A stretch of 59,885 nucleotides of DNA, filler included, from Asterionella formosa (taxonomy: Eukaryota): assembly GCA_002256025.1 (NCBI GenBank). It is 4 parts of 4 records of this genome, joined end to end, with 100 filler letters (N's around TTAATTAATTAA, not from the genome) between each part and the next. Parts side by side here need not be neighbours in the genome. Positions count along the whole stretch, not along the records: positions 1 to 15,594 come from NKIB01005369.1; positions 15,695 to 31,271 come from NKIB01005372.1; 2 more parts are not named here. The stretch is one strand, 5' to 3'. Shown piece after piece: positions 12,460 to 24,084 of the stretch (positions within the stretch are counted from its first letter, which is position 1; each line of letters starts with the position of its first letter). Below the pieces are notes generated by a model. It was not told the origin of the DNA and did no database searches. It worked only from the letters and a program-made list of their open reading frames with translations. The translations under genes were made by a program, and so were the position numbers.

Positions 12460-15130
12460 TTACTGTGCCAGTATTGACAATTAAATCTACCCCCAATACT
12501 ACCATTTATGCCGTAGTGAAAGCTAGTGCACTAGTAGTTTACTAGCATGACGTACAAAGCAAGCACTGGAGTATGGGTCTCGATCATTTTTGGCTTGGCA
12601 GCAGTACATGTCAAATATGGCCTGTATGTAAATAGCCACAATATACCGGTTTATTCATGCTATCATGTCATGCATGCGAAAATAAAATGAAGTCAGAATG
12701 TAAATTGTAAATCAAAGGAGAATGGAATTTAAGCATGTAGTAGTTTCCTATTTGTTGATTGTATAAATCTAGTTAGACACGTAGTTGTGGATGCCCACCA
12801 TTGCGGCGATCTTTCAACATTTGGTTGAGAATTTGAGTAACAGTCCTCTGGACCATATGCCTCATAGATTCGGTCGATTGCAGCATGTCGGGTGTACTCA
12901 GCTCAAACAAGACCTGCCACTGTGTCATCCCAGAAACCTTGAATTGATTATAGATAAATTTTGTCCTCCCCCTCTCTGCCCTTGTAAATATCATCCTTGC
13001 TGGCTTTTGTCCTGTAATTCCAACTTCCCATTCTTGCCAAAGAACAAATAGTGTTTTTGGTATCTTGGAAAGGCTACTATTGTAAACAGGATCCAAAGCC
13101 ATATTTATTTGTTCGTCGTCATTGCCTGCTTGGCTGTTGTTGTTGGTTACTATGACAGCAACATTTTCGACATTTGAATTCGGTTTGTTGTTGGCATTTG
13201 TTATGCCGAAAGCAAAATTAGAAACATTGCCCCTGAGCATTTGTGCCGGCATCCGGGAAAGTCGATTCAAGCTTGTCTGCATCATGCCCATCCCTTTGGT
13301 CACAGTGCTTGTTAGGATGGAAATCTGGCTTTGAATCTCGTTCACCTATCGTTGAATCTCCCTTAACTGTGAGTAGAGCTCAAGGAATTCATTCTTGTTC
13401 CGGCTCCTCTGAATAAATGCATTGATGGCTTCTTGTTGGTGGTGCTGCTGTACGCCTCCTCCTCCATTATTTACTGTTGAAACTACGGCTACTCCTGTTG
13501 ACACTTCAGCAACTTCTTCACCCACATTGTTCGAAAAATCATCTGGATCCCAGATCTCGTCAATGTAGAGTTCCGCCTCTGCACCATTCACAACAATTAG
13601 CCGTTTCCCCACAGGACTTGTACCTGGTGGTAGATTACGTACAAGTGCGTATGCCATCTGGATCCGTGGTGTCAGCTTCCCTGGTAAGAAACCCAGTAGA
13701 CTTGGCTCAAAAACCGCCCAAAGGAGTGAAAGTGCCAGCGTTAGTGCCACATAAAATCCACGCATATATTTGGCACTACATATTGCAGAAGCCAATCATC
13801 AGACACACCGCTTTCTTCATTCAGAACATACTTGCATGGGCCGCCAATACAAAGGGCTGCCACAACATTGGCGTCTGGATAAGGAAGCTCAACATCAATG
13901 TAAGTGTCAACTTGTTCTGTGCGCCGTTTCCAGCGTCCACAGAAGGCAAGCAACATCATCCCGGTAGCAGCCATTTCGACGTGCATGTGTTGATGGGTAC
14001 TTCCGAAGGCTATGTGTGCCAATCAAACCATTGTTCATTCGTTTGAACTCACTACTTTCCCATACATCATCGCGCAGAATTGTATAGGCCTTTCTTTTAG
14101 CATTTGATGGATTGTTGGTTTGTAGCGAAAACACCCATGGATTTTCGGGTGATGCGCCTTGCTCCATACATTCTGTCTCAAGATGAATGGCCAAGGCAAT
14201 GAGAACGCAATAGTCTTGCGACATGGATGCAATGAGTCCTTGGTTTGGTGCCTCCCTCTCTTCTTTAGCGTTTTTTGTCCAACACAGCTTGGCCATCAGA
14301 GTGAAAGAAAAACAAAGATTTGCAGTTAGGTTTATTTTTGTTAATTGCACACAATCGTCAATTCGGCCGACCATGTGGAATTGAAAGGCACACCACAGTG
14401 CAGGCAACTGATACCGATGGATACTGTCCTTGAATGAATGAAGGATATGCATTGTATTGGAGAACTCTTGGGATTCTAGGGGTCGTCTTGCTTGTGATGG
14501 TTTCCCTTGTCTGCGCACTTCCTTCTTTTTTACTGCCTTGATGAGGTTATTGACAGGCACAGACCTTGTTGGATTGCCACTGTGCATAATAGCATTCCAA
14601 GCAGAGAGTCGATTTGGCATAAAATACGACAATGCCTTTTTGTAGTATTCCAGGAAGAAGACCAGCCATGTGTTGGATTGTCATCATTGTTTGGATCAGG
14701 ACGGCCATACACTTTCATAGCCATCCATTTGTAGACATCCTCAGGTGTAACTTCCCCAAGTTCCTCTGGACTAAACTTGTATATTTCAGAATATCTATGC
14801 CATCTGTGTATGACATCATAGCAATAATGACACTCTTGTAAACAGGGGATTATGTAGGTTCATTTACTCTTTTTGTTGGCATTGTTGCCATGTTGATGTT
14901 TAGTTTAATTCTTTACTTCAATCCCATTTCATACCATGTTGTATTGTGGTAGAATTTCTTGGATAATAACATAGCATACTGCAGGGTTCCATTGGTCCAT
15001 TGTTAGAATATTCTACAAAAATGTGAAAGAAAATTCTACCCCCAGTACTACTGGGTAGAAATTTTGCCTTTCTCTATACCATATTTTCACCACGGTCAAG
15101 CAAGGGAGAGGTACCCGACAGTATTGACCT
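12460..15130 (-). mobile_element. Crypton (CryptonS-like) tyrosine-recombinase DNA transposon, degenerate
   Basis: Frameshifted minus-strand CDS ~14891-12773 with GNPTRS, GRIDD (R), GTHSLRK (HxxR), GRWK and DTYID (Y), plus a C-terminal GCR1_C-like LWQEWEVGITGQKPAR. Short direct repeats lie near both ends (tctacccccaatactac/tctacccccagtactac; taccat at 12500 and 15077). Confidence 0.85.
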
Positions 15131-15594
15131 GTCCAGAGTAGAACACTACCAGAGCCCTACAGAAAATACTACGTTTGTAGAATTTCGTCAATTATGTCTA
15201 TGTATTGCTTGATAGATGTGCGAAATAGGAAAGCTTTGCTCTCAATCCTTGTGGAGATAATCACTATTTTTTTCGTGGTCAAGACAGAGGCTGATGACAT
15301 GCTACTCTCTCGTTTTTAATGTATGAACAAATTGCAGTAAGGTATCTCAGCTAAATAGCTATATAACCATTTGGGAAATAGATAGTTTTTCCTGCAAGCT
15401 CAGAGATACTTTTGTCTTGTCATCCAACTACACACCAGTATGTATATATAATATAGAGTCGTAAATATATACTCCAAGTACATATTACCAGAAACAACAA
15501 CAACAACAACAACAACAAAAAAAAAAAAAAAAAAAAACAAAAAAAAAAATAAAAATAAAAAAAAATTAAAAAAAAATAATAATTGAAATAAAAA

Positions 15595-15694
15595 NNNNNN
15601 NNNNNNNNNNNNNNNNNNNNNNNNNNNNNNNNNNNNNNTTAATTAATTAANNNNNNNNNNNNNNNNNNNNNNNNNNNNNNNNNNNNNNNNNNNN
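15595..15694. other. Artificial contig spacer (N44-TTAATTAATTAA-N44)
   Basis: Linker with stop codons in all six frames at 15639-15650, preceded by a low-complexity CAA/polyA contig end. Confidence 0.97.
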
Positions 15695-15815
15695 GCGAGA
15701 AACTGCAGAAAGGAACTTCGGTTTTTTAACTATGCTGAAAATAGTGGATTTTACCGGGCTAACTCGTTTATTTGGCCTAGTAAAAAAACCGAAGTTCCTT
15801 TCTGCAGTTTCTCGC
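15695..15815. repeat. Perfect 33-bp inverted repeat with a 55-nt spacer
   Basis: gcgagaaactgcagaaaggaacttcggtttttt (15695-15727) and its reverse complement (15783-15815). Confidence 0.9.
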
Positions 15816-16180
15816 CGAAAGTTAACTTCTGGGGCTATATGAAGATTACCTATGTACTTAACTCTTCTTCAAACCCTGCCAACGTTGAGCTATCGTCGTC
15901 CAAAAATTCGACAATATCGGCCTTTTCAACGGTCACCCAAACGTCGGAATCAGAATCACTAATCGCCGAAACGTCATCATCGGAATGGTAGTCTTGTGCT
16001 AAAATTTGTAGTCGTAAAATCTACTGTACAAAAAGTTCCAATGTAATTGCCCGCTGTAATAATCATATTCTGATTGGTTATCCTTACATCCGTTCGATTG
16101 GCACGGTTTGCGAGGTCTTGCAATCCCACGCCGGCCACACTGGATACACATGAAGCATTTTCTTGGGTGTTGGCCGATCC

Positions 16181-16286
16181 TACCCGTATACCGGTATCCG
16201 TACGGAGTGGGAATATCGAGTACCGGGTAGGTTTACCCGTATACCGGAATCCGTACGGAGTAGGAATACCGAGTACCGGGTAGACC
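16181..16286 (+). repeat. 53-bp tandem duplication rich in TACCGG/GTAC palindromes
   Basis: tacccgtataccgg(t/a)atccgtacggagt... at 16181 and 16234. Confidence 0.85.
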
Positions 16287-17278
16287 TACCGGCTCCAGGT
16301 AACTGATCATCATTCGTCATAGTAAATGGTAGTGCACGCTAACCAGTACCTTAGTACCGATAGTTTGCAAATTCAAATATGTTTTGCAGCCGCCGGGTCG
16401 TGCATGTGAAACATATTTATGATACGAGTAGGCATACTATCGGTAGAGTAGCAATATAAAACATTCAGCGATGAAGAATCTATCTTTACATATTTTATGC
16501 ATTTGAAATGGAATCTATATACGTACGCGCAAATTTCCACTCATTTGAATTTTTCAAACGGAATCATTGATATTCAAATTAGCACATAAAAGTTCTTAGT
16601 TCCAGGGAATTTCGGCAACCCTAAGCAATTTTTTAATTTTTGCCTAGGGGTTCAAATGCAGGAACCTTAATATTTTTGGGGAGACAAAACTCCCATTTTT
16701 CTGCCATGAAAAATTAAGCAACATAAGATAACTGTACCTGTTACCTGGTCCTAGTAGCACAACATGTAAGGCCTGCGTAAGTGGGATTACTCGTCAGACG
16801 GGAAGGAGTACCGGTACCAGGTACCAGGTACGCAAGCTGCCTGGTATCTGCAAGTTGAGGTCATTTTGCGTAAAAAAACATTTTAATCTAGGATAAATTA
16901 AGCTCACTCTTTAGTTTCAGGAAGATTACCGCAACTTGCTAGTGGTTTGAAATCACCAGGTGCTCTACCGGTACATACATTCGGTACCAGGTAGGTTAGT
17001 CACTGACGACAGCGTGGCCAGGCATTTCCATGCATTTTATTATGCAGTTGGTGCATATGTAGACCGGCATTTTGATTCGATGACTACTTTGTTTGCCAAA
17101 ATGACTGGGGCGTTTCGAGTCGAGGACAATTGCGAATTCAATTTTAGAAATCATATAACTGCTTCGTGGTTGTCGTTGATGTTATAAACAACATTTAATC
17201 ATCCTGTTATCAACCAGCCAGAATTATAAGTTTACAAGTCGGACTCTCTCTCTCTCTCATTAGACACCTATATAGAGA

Positions 17279-18289
17279 ATGATATCTATTTTAGCGAAAC
17301 GCTCCTCAAAACTAAATGTAGTTCTCGCTCTTGTGGCGGCTACTTTTCTTTGCTTCACAAACAGGCCGTTGGTCGCCACCATCTCCAGGCAGATGCAGGC
17401 TATGCCTGAAGCTGATTTATCCCTTTATGAAAAGTGGGTGGAAGATATTGCAGCTAAGATGGAGGATTCATCCACGAAAGATGTGTATTACAGTATGAGC
17501 AACTTCAAATACTCAGGGCGATTTGAAGAATTGCTCTCTCATTCGTTGAGCTGTTTCCCCAAGGCAGTATTGGCAATCGTTGCATTGGATACCGAAACAT
17601 ACGATTGGTTTACCGCTCGCGACGTACCAACACTTCTGATGCTTGATGGAACCATTAAGGAACGTGTCATGAGCGGAAAATTCAAGGGATCATTGGCACT
17701 CCTGAAGAAGGATTGGACTGTCTACTTCTCTGAAATGGACATTTATTGGAGATCTACGCCAGCGTTGAATTCAACTCTTGATTTCATTGTCAGTGAGCAC
17801 AAGTACTCGCCAAATGGTGAAATGAACATTGGCTTTTTCGTCGCTCGTCCTACTGCTGAAATAATCGCATTGTTTTCCCGTTTGTCACAATGGGTTGACC
17901 TGCCATTAACAATGCCTTTTGCCAACAATTCTACTTGTCATGCTTTTGACCAGAAGGTCATGGATTTGGCCGTGCGTGGGAAAGTACAGAGCAATGCTTT
18001 TATCTCTGGAACTGATCCGAACTGCATCCTTCCAAAGGATGCAATCGACCAGCTCCTTCCACCTAGTCCACTCAATTGGGATTATCTGTCGGCAAAGGTG
18101 CTTGAGCACTGGGACATTACGCATTTGGACAGCGACGAACTTGCTGGCGTCCACATCTGGGGTGGAATGGGGGGCGCCCCAAAGCAAATTGAGTGGGCAA
18201 TGGCGAACTTTGTGGGTACTGGGAAAGGCGCGCTTAGTGTGCTCACTAATGAAGAGGGAACTGACATTGTTTCCCAAACCACTGCCTAA
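17279..18289 (+). CDS. Nucleotide-diphospho-sugar transferase (GT77-like), type II membrane protein
   Basis: N-terminal TM anchor, VYFSEMDIYW (DxD-like), MNIGFFVARPT and FDQKVMD motifs. Confidence 0.75.
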   Translation: MISILAKRSSKLNVVLALVAATFLCFTNRPLVATISRQMQAMPEADLSLYEKWVEDIAAKMEDSSTKDVYYSMSNFKYSGRFEELLSHSLSCFPKAVLAIVALDTETYDWFTARDVPTLLMLDGTIKERVMSGKFKGSLALLKKDWTVYFSEMDIYWRSTPALNSTLDFIVSEHKYSPNGEMNIGFFVARPTAEIIALFSRLSQWVDLPLTMPFANNSTCHAFDQKVMDLAVRGKVQSNAFISGTDPNCILPKDAIDQLLPPSPLNWDYLSAKVLEHWDITHLDSDELAGVHIWGGMGGAPKQIEWAMANFVGTGKGALSVLTNEEGTDIVSQTTA

Positions 18290-18695
18290 AAATGATTTTC
18301 CATGGGAAACGAAATAGGATTGTGTGAACAACTGGAGATACCGAGGCGGTTTTCTATTTATGATACATATAAAAAGTAAGAATGAAATAGTTCAACTTTT
18401 TAAACACAGTGATCCCATCGGTACTATAATATCGGTCGAACAGAGAAATGGGATTTTCCACAATACATTAATTTCTATAAAATATGTATTACATTGACTC
18501 ATCCTTTCATTTCTTCATAAATAAACTACCGGGGTACCGGTAATAGGGGGACCGACCCGCCTTTTTTAAAATTATAATATTCGAGCACCCCTCGTTGTGA
18601 TGGCGATACTGCTTCATTCATTTCCACTGCCTTGGTACAAAAAACTGCATTTGGATTGGTGCTGGGAGGTCCACGTTCAGTAACAAAACCTTTGA

Positions 18696-19316
18696 ATGAA
18701 GTCAACTATCCTGACTCAAGCTTGCTTAGAGGCGCCTCCAACGACGTTTGCGTCGAGCTTGGATCAAGCGATAGCACTCTTATTAGGTAATGGGATAAAA
18801 GTAGCTGTCTTTGACATGGACCAGACTGCAATTGTTGCACATTCAAGAGGTCAGCTCCTACGATCCTCAGTGGCTGAGTACCTTGCCAAGGCAAGCAAGG
18901 ACTTTCTAGACCTGGTCCCACAACTACATAAGCACGGCATTCAACTTGCGATTGCCACTCATTCCGATTCTGCCGAATATGGGTATTTTGTTCGACCAAA
19001 GACGCACATATTGGGACATGAGTTAGCCAAGCATATGGTAGACCATCATTTTGAGGAAGACATTGCGCAAGCGTTCTTCATCATTGCTTTCAATCCTAGA
19101 GTCCGGAAGGTTACCAACAAAAATGACCTTGTAAAGAGGCATCACATGAGAGTCATTCAAGAACACTACCAAGTCGAACCAAAACAAATTATGTTTTTTG
19201 ACGATGTTTCCAAAATTGTTATGGACTGTACTGAATACTGTGGTGTCCATGCTGTTCATGTGAATGAGCTAAAGGGCTTTCAACTCAGTGACTTAATAGA
19301 GCACTTTCAAAATTGA
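18696..19316 (+). CDS. HAD-superfamily hydrolase/phosphatase
   Basis: Motif I VAVFDMDQT, motif II LAIAT, motif III Lys (VKRHH), motif IV MFFDD. Confidence 0.8.
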   Translation: MKSTILTQACLEAPPTTFASSLDQAIALLLGNGIKVAVFDMDQTAIVAHSRGQLLRSSVAEYLAKASKDFLDLVPQLHKHGIQLAIATHSDSAEYGYFVRPKTHILGHELAKHMVDHHFEEDIAQAFFIIAFNPRVRKVTNKNDLVKRHHMRVIQEHYQVEPKQIMFFDDVSKIVMDCTEYCGVHAVHVNELKGFQLSDLIEHFQN

Positions 19317-19687
19317 CCATGATGGGAAAGGCGCAATGGGATGATGTTTGTTTTCATTGAGTTTCTATTCAGTATAGTGAACTGGTACAATTTGATCCAA
19401 AATGAAGTCCATCCATATATTTGGTAGCACCTTGTGAGATTAGCACAAACTGAAAACTGAAGCATTTAAATGATTGAAATGTGAATAGAATGTGAACTTT
19501 ATGGGATTTATCAAGGTTGCGAATTAGTGGGCCAAGCCGATCTGTTGAGACTTGTTTTGCAGATCAGGGGCAGGACAGTATATATTCAGTTTGGACTTTA
19601 GTCTCCTTCATACATGTTGGTAATCTTTAGTGACAAATTTTCATTCCATACTTAGTATGAAGACAATCAATATAAATGGTTCAAGGG

Positions 19688-20089
19688 TGATAAAATATAT
19701 GGAATCCAATGAGTCGAGAATCAATATTCTTAGCAGTGATTAGAAACCAAGACCCAAAACATGCAACACTTATTAACAAATGACTGGAGATGTTTACTTA
19801 TTGATAAATGAATCAGATGATCACTTATTGTCAAATGAATAAGTGATGCTCACTTATTGTCAAATGAATATGCTTACTTATTGTCAAAGTAAGCAAGATC
19901 ATTCTTGACAAGATCAAGGAAAGTGTGAGAAGTGTTGTTCGGGATTACATGAGTAATCAGGCAAGAACAAGACTAGATAGACTATTAACAGAAAGCTCAC
20001 AATATTACAAAGTGCAAAGTGAAAATATGTTTTCAGCTTTAGAGATCTTAAAAGTAAGATCTGTGATATTTCAACTAGACAATTTAACA
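19688..20089 (+). repeat. 5' LTR
   Basis: TGATAAAA...TTTAACA with internal cacttattgtcaaatgaat repeats. Confidence 0.93.
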
Positions 20090-23000
20090 CGTTTTGAAAG
20101 AAACCTACAGGTCTAGAGACATGGTTACAGCCGATGAGAAATCAGGTGAGACTGTTTGCTTGATCAAGTGTGATGGAAGCGAAACTGCCTGGTATGAGTG
20201 GAGTATAAGACTCTTCAGCTTGCGAAATCTAAAAGTTTTAGGCATGTTTATGCCAGAGACACGAAGCCAATCGATGATGATGCCTATTTGGTGTCTACTG
20301 ATGATGACGAGAAGCAGAAGTACAAGTTGAATGACAAGGCACATCAGCCATTGATTCTTAGTGTCAGTGGGATTGCATTTGGGATTGTGAATTCTGCCAA
20401 GACAGATGATTTGATGGATGGAGATGCTTTTCTTGCCTGGCAGTATTTGGAGGATCGATATGCTCCTCGTCATCAAGTTATTGATTTGATTCAGCTAACA
20501 GGTGAATTCAACAATTGTACTTTGGAGAGTACTAAAGCAGACCCAGATGAATGGTTCGTTGCTCTCGATAACATCAAGAACAGAATGCGTCAAATTGATA
20601 CATCATTTGAAAAGAAAGAGGTTGAAGTCATTTCGCACATGATGAACAAGTTACCTAAAGAGTACAGTGAAGTCATTACTGTTATTGAAGGAATGGGTAC
20701 TATTACTTTATCAGATTTGAAATCTAAACTTCCTGCATTCTACAAAAGGAAGTTCAAGGTTTTAATTACCACTAAGATTGCTTTGTCTACAAATGGTAAA
20801 TTCAAGTTACTATGCAAGAATTGTGGAAAACAAGGTCACAAGGCAGCCAACTGCCGATACAAGAACAATACAGCAGGCGCAGACAAAGAAACAAAAGGCA
20901 AAGGTGTCAAATGTTTCAATTGCAACAAGTATGCAGGTCAGATTGCTAAGGAGTGTCCTGAAGAAAAGAAAGAAACTGGAATGTTTGTTGGTATTATTAA
21001 AAAAATCGAAATCCATGAAGAAAAGTCTGATACAGATGATGATTTTGAAATAATTGCCTTGACTAAGAACAACAAGAAGTTTTTGGACTATGAATATGTT
21101 GAAGATATAAAGGTCTACACTACATGCGAAGAAACAGAATATGCATTTATTGGAGTGACGATTGAAATTTTGGATGAAGAGATCAATCAAGCACACTATG
21201 CAAGCATCAAAAACAGTGAGAGTAAAATTTGCGCATCAAGCGAGGAAATTGAACGTTGGTTAGCTGATACAGGCACAACCTGTAATATTACTATGTGCAA
21301 TAATTACATGACAAATTTGAAAGCAGTAAATGTACGCGTTGTTGTAGGCGATGGTAAAGAAGTCATTTGCAAGGAACACGGAGATTTCTGCGTGCGAAAC
21401 AAAGTGACCAATGAGACACTCTTGCTTAAGAATGTCCTATATACACCTACCTTTCATAAAAATATAATCAGCTTTGGTACTTTTGAAATTGATGGTAAAT
21501 ATGAACTTGTTATGAAGCACAACAAAATGGCTTTGAAAAAAGTGGGAAAAACTGAGACGTGTTTTGTACTATTTCCAAGGAACTCGTAGAATTTATCCAG
21601 GTGGGAGTGATATCTTATCTGCAGAGGTTATCACAACGAAATTGACCAGTATGGACATTAATCAAGCTCACGCTATATACATACATATTGGGGAAGCAGC
21701 ATTGCGGGCTACTATGAAATCGCTTGGTATCAAAATAACAGGTGTGATGTATACATGTGAAGGATGTGCGCTAGCTAAGTCTAAAACAAAAATTGTTCCT
21801 AAAATGACTATGAGCAAGGCTACTCAACCGGGCGAACGTTTGTGCACAGATATCAGCGGTCCAAATAAATCGATTTTAGGAAATGACTATTGGATCCTTG
21901 TTGTTGACGATAACACCGGAAAATCTTGGATTTTCTTTGTTAAGAAGAAGTCACAGCTTGCTTCAAAGATTGAAGATTTGTTGACTAAACTCAAAACGGC
22001 TGAGCATGTTACCAAGTTTCTCCGTTGTGACAATGCGGGTGAAAACGTCTCAGGTTTGACAAAGCTATGTGACAAATTCAATATTCAAATTGAGTTTACG
22101 GCACCCTACACGCCACGACAGAATGGAATCGTTGAGCGAAAGTTTGAAACCATTCGTCAATGAGCATGTCGATCCATGTGTATTCTTCATCAAGGAAAAC
22201 AATGCACTAATCCTAATGATTGTGCAATTGCTGGAAAGCCAAATGATATTAAATGGTTCAAAAATGAAATCAAGAAACACTTCACAAGTAAGGAGCTTGG
22301 CCCTTTGAAGAAGCATTTGGGAGTGTGGTATGATTGGGGCCAAGATAAGGTGGGACGCTACTTGGAGTCGAGCATGGAGGATTTTGTGCATGTTATGCTC
22401 CAAGATTATCATGATATTTTTGGAAGGTATCCAAGAGATGCATCAACCCCAGCATTTCCAGGAATTGTTCTCAGAAAGATTCCAGATAAAGTGACTCTCC
22501 ATAAAGAATATCGTTCAATGGTTGGAAAATTGTTGTATTTTGTGAAGAAAGTTGGACCAATATGCGCGAATGCATGTCGTGAACTTTCTCAACATTTAGA
22601 GAATCCAGGTGTTGCCCATTGGAGTGCTGTTGAACGTTTGTTAGGTTTCATTGAAACTGATGAAAGGAACAGAAAATTAAAAATGAGACCACCACATGAA
22701 TTACGAGTTTAAGACGTGATAGACAGCTCATTTGGGGACAATACAGATACCAGGAAATCGACAAGTGCATATTTGGGTATGATTGGTGGTGCATCGCTAG
22801 TGAATTGGATTTCGAAAGGACAGAAGATTGTTACTGTTTCCAGCACTGAAGCAGAGTATGTGGCTCTATCAGATGGATCAAAGGAAACTACTTTTATAAT
22901 GAATCTACTCAATGAGTTGAATACGTGGAAATACCCAGTATCATTGCAGAAGACAATACAGGTGCAATTTTTCTATCGAAGAATCAGTAGGTTGGTTCAC

Positions 23001-23197
23001 GAACTAAGCACATTGGTGTGAGGTATCATTTCACTCGAGAAAAGGTAAAGGATGGGGATATTAGAGTTGAATATGTGAATACTTTGAAGAATCCTGCAGA
23101 TCTACTTTCAAAGAATGTCACTCAGAAAATTCATGACACTCATGCAACCCACATTATGAATGGGACTATGGATTGTTGGTTTCGAGATCAGGGAGGG

Positions 23198-23598
23198 TGA
23201 TAAAATATATGGAATCCAATGAGTCGAGAATCAATATTCTTAGTAGTGATTAGAAACCAAGACCCAAAACATGCGACACTTATTGTCAAATGACTGGAGA
23301 TGTTTACTAATTGACAAGTGAATCAAATGCTCACATATTGTCAAATGAATAAGTGATGCTCACTTATTGTCAAATGTATATGTTAACTTATTGTCAAAGT
23401 AAGCAAGATCATTTTGATGGGATCAAGGAAAGCGTGAGAAGTGTTGTTCAGGATTACATGAGTAATCAGGCAAGAACAAGACTAGATAGACTATTAACAG
23501 AAAGCTCACAATATTACAAAGTGTAAAGTGAAAATATGTTTTCAGCTTTAGAGATCTTAAAAGTAAGATCTGTGATATTTCAACTAGACAACTTAACA
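23198..23598 (+). repeat. 3' LTR
   Basis: Direct, slightly diverged copy of 19688-20089. Confidence 0.93.
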
Positions 23599-24084
23599 CG
23601 AGGGATGAGCTTCTTTTTGTGATCCTTGACCTTTTTTCCAACATGTTCTGGAAATGAGAATCTTTGCAAATATAATCATCGTCTATGGAGGGCTGATTGA
23701 TAGCGAAAGCAAACTGTCCTTTTCCGGACCTCCCCAGCGATTCTACTCACGCAATGTAATAAAATATAAATAAATACATAAAATATGCAACGACATTTTG
23801 AACACTTCAATCTGGTGAATATTGTGCCTGGTAACACAACTATCATACATACCGGTAGTAGGTACAAACGACATTTTACAAGTAAGCTACCAGGTACCAG
23901 TAGTGCTTTGGTGTTGTCTAGCTAACACGGAGGCGTGTTTCCCTGTTTTGGGATTTTCTGCACACGACCGCGGCGTAGCCGCTGTCGTATTCTTTGTCAA
24001 GACCATGACGGCGGCAACGAAATCTGTCGCTGCTGTATACAACATCCAATAATTCCAAGCCTCGCTGCTTCACCTACATCCACC

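Larger units (their letters stand above)
19688..23598 (+). mobile_element. Ty1/Copia (CoDi-like) LTR retrotransposon, internally deleted
   Basis: ~400-bp TG..CA LTRs at 19688-20089 and 23198-23598, and PPT cagggaggg before the 3' LTR. Gag with two zinc knuckles, protease WLADTGTT, integrase D-D-E core, RT C-terminal part and RNase H (SSTEAEY, NPADLL). Flanks caaggg/cgaggg. Confidence 0.95.

Noticed and set aside
13477..14046. 189-aa plus-strand ORF and similar antisense ORFs over real genes
   Set aside because: Shadow ORFs opposite recognisable coding sequence
15493..15594. CAA/polyA tract as a retroposon tail or telomere
   Set aside because: Low-complexity contig end, likely poor-quality sequence
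15639..15650. TTAATTAATTAA recurring every ~15.6 kb as a biological periodic motif
   Set aside because: Always centred in 44+44 Ns; it is an artificial six-frame stop linker
19780..19890. Short spaced repeats (cacttattgtcaaatgaat) resembling a CRISPR array
   Set aside because: They lie inside the LTR and recur in the other LTR, the spacers are too short, there are no cas genes, and the context is eukaryotic
23935..24084. Cys-rich N-terminal extension of the 759-aa ORF
   Set aside because: Depends on a non-ATG start; probably 5' UTR before the ATG at 24085
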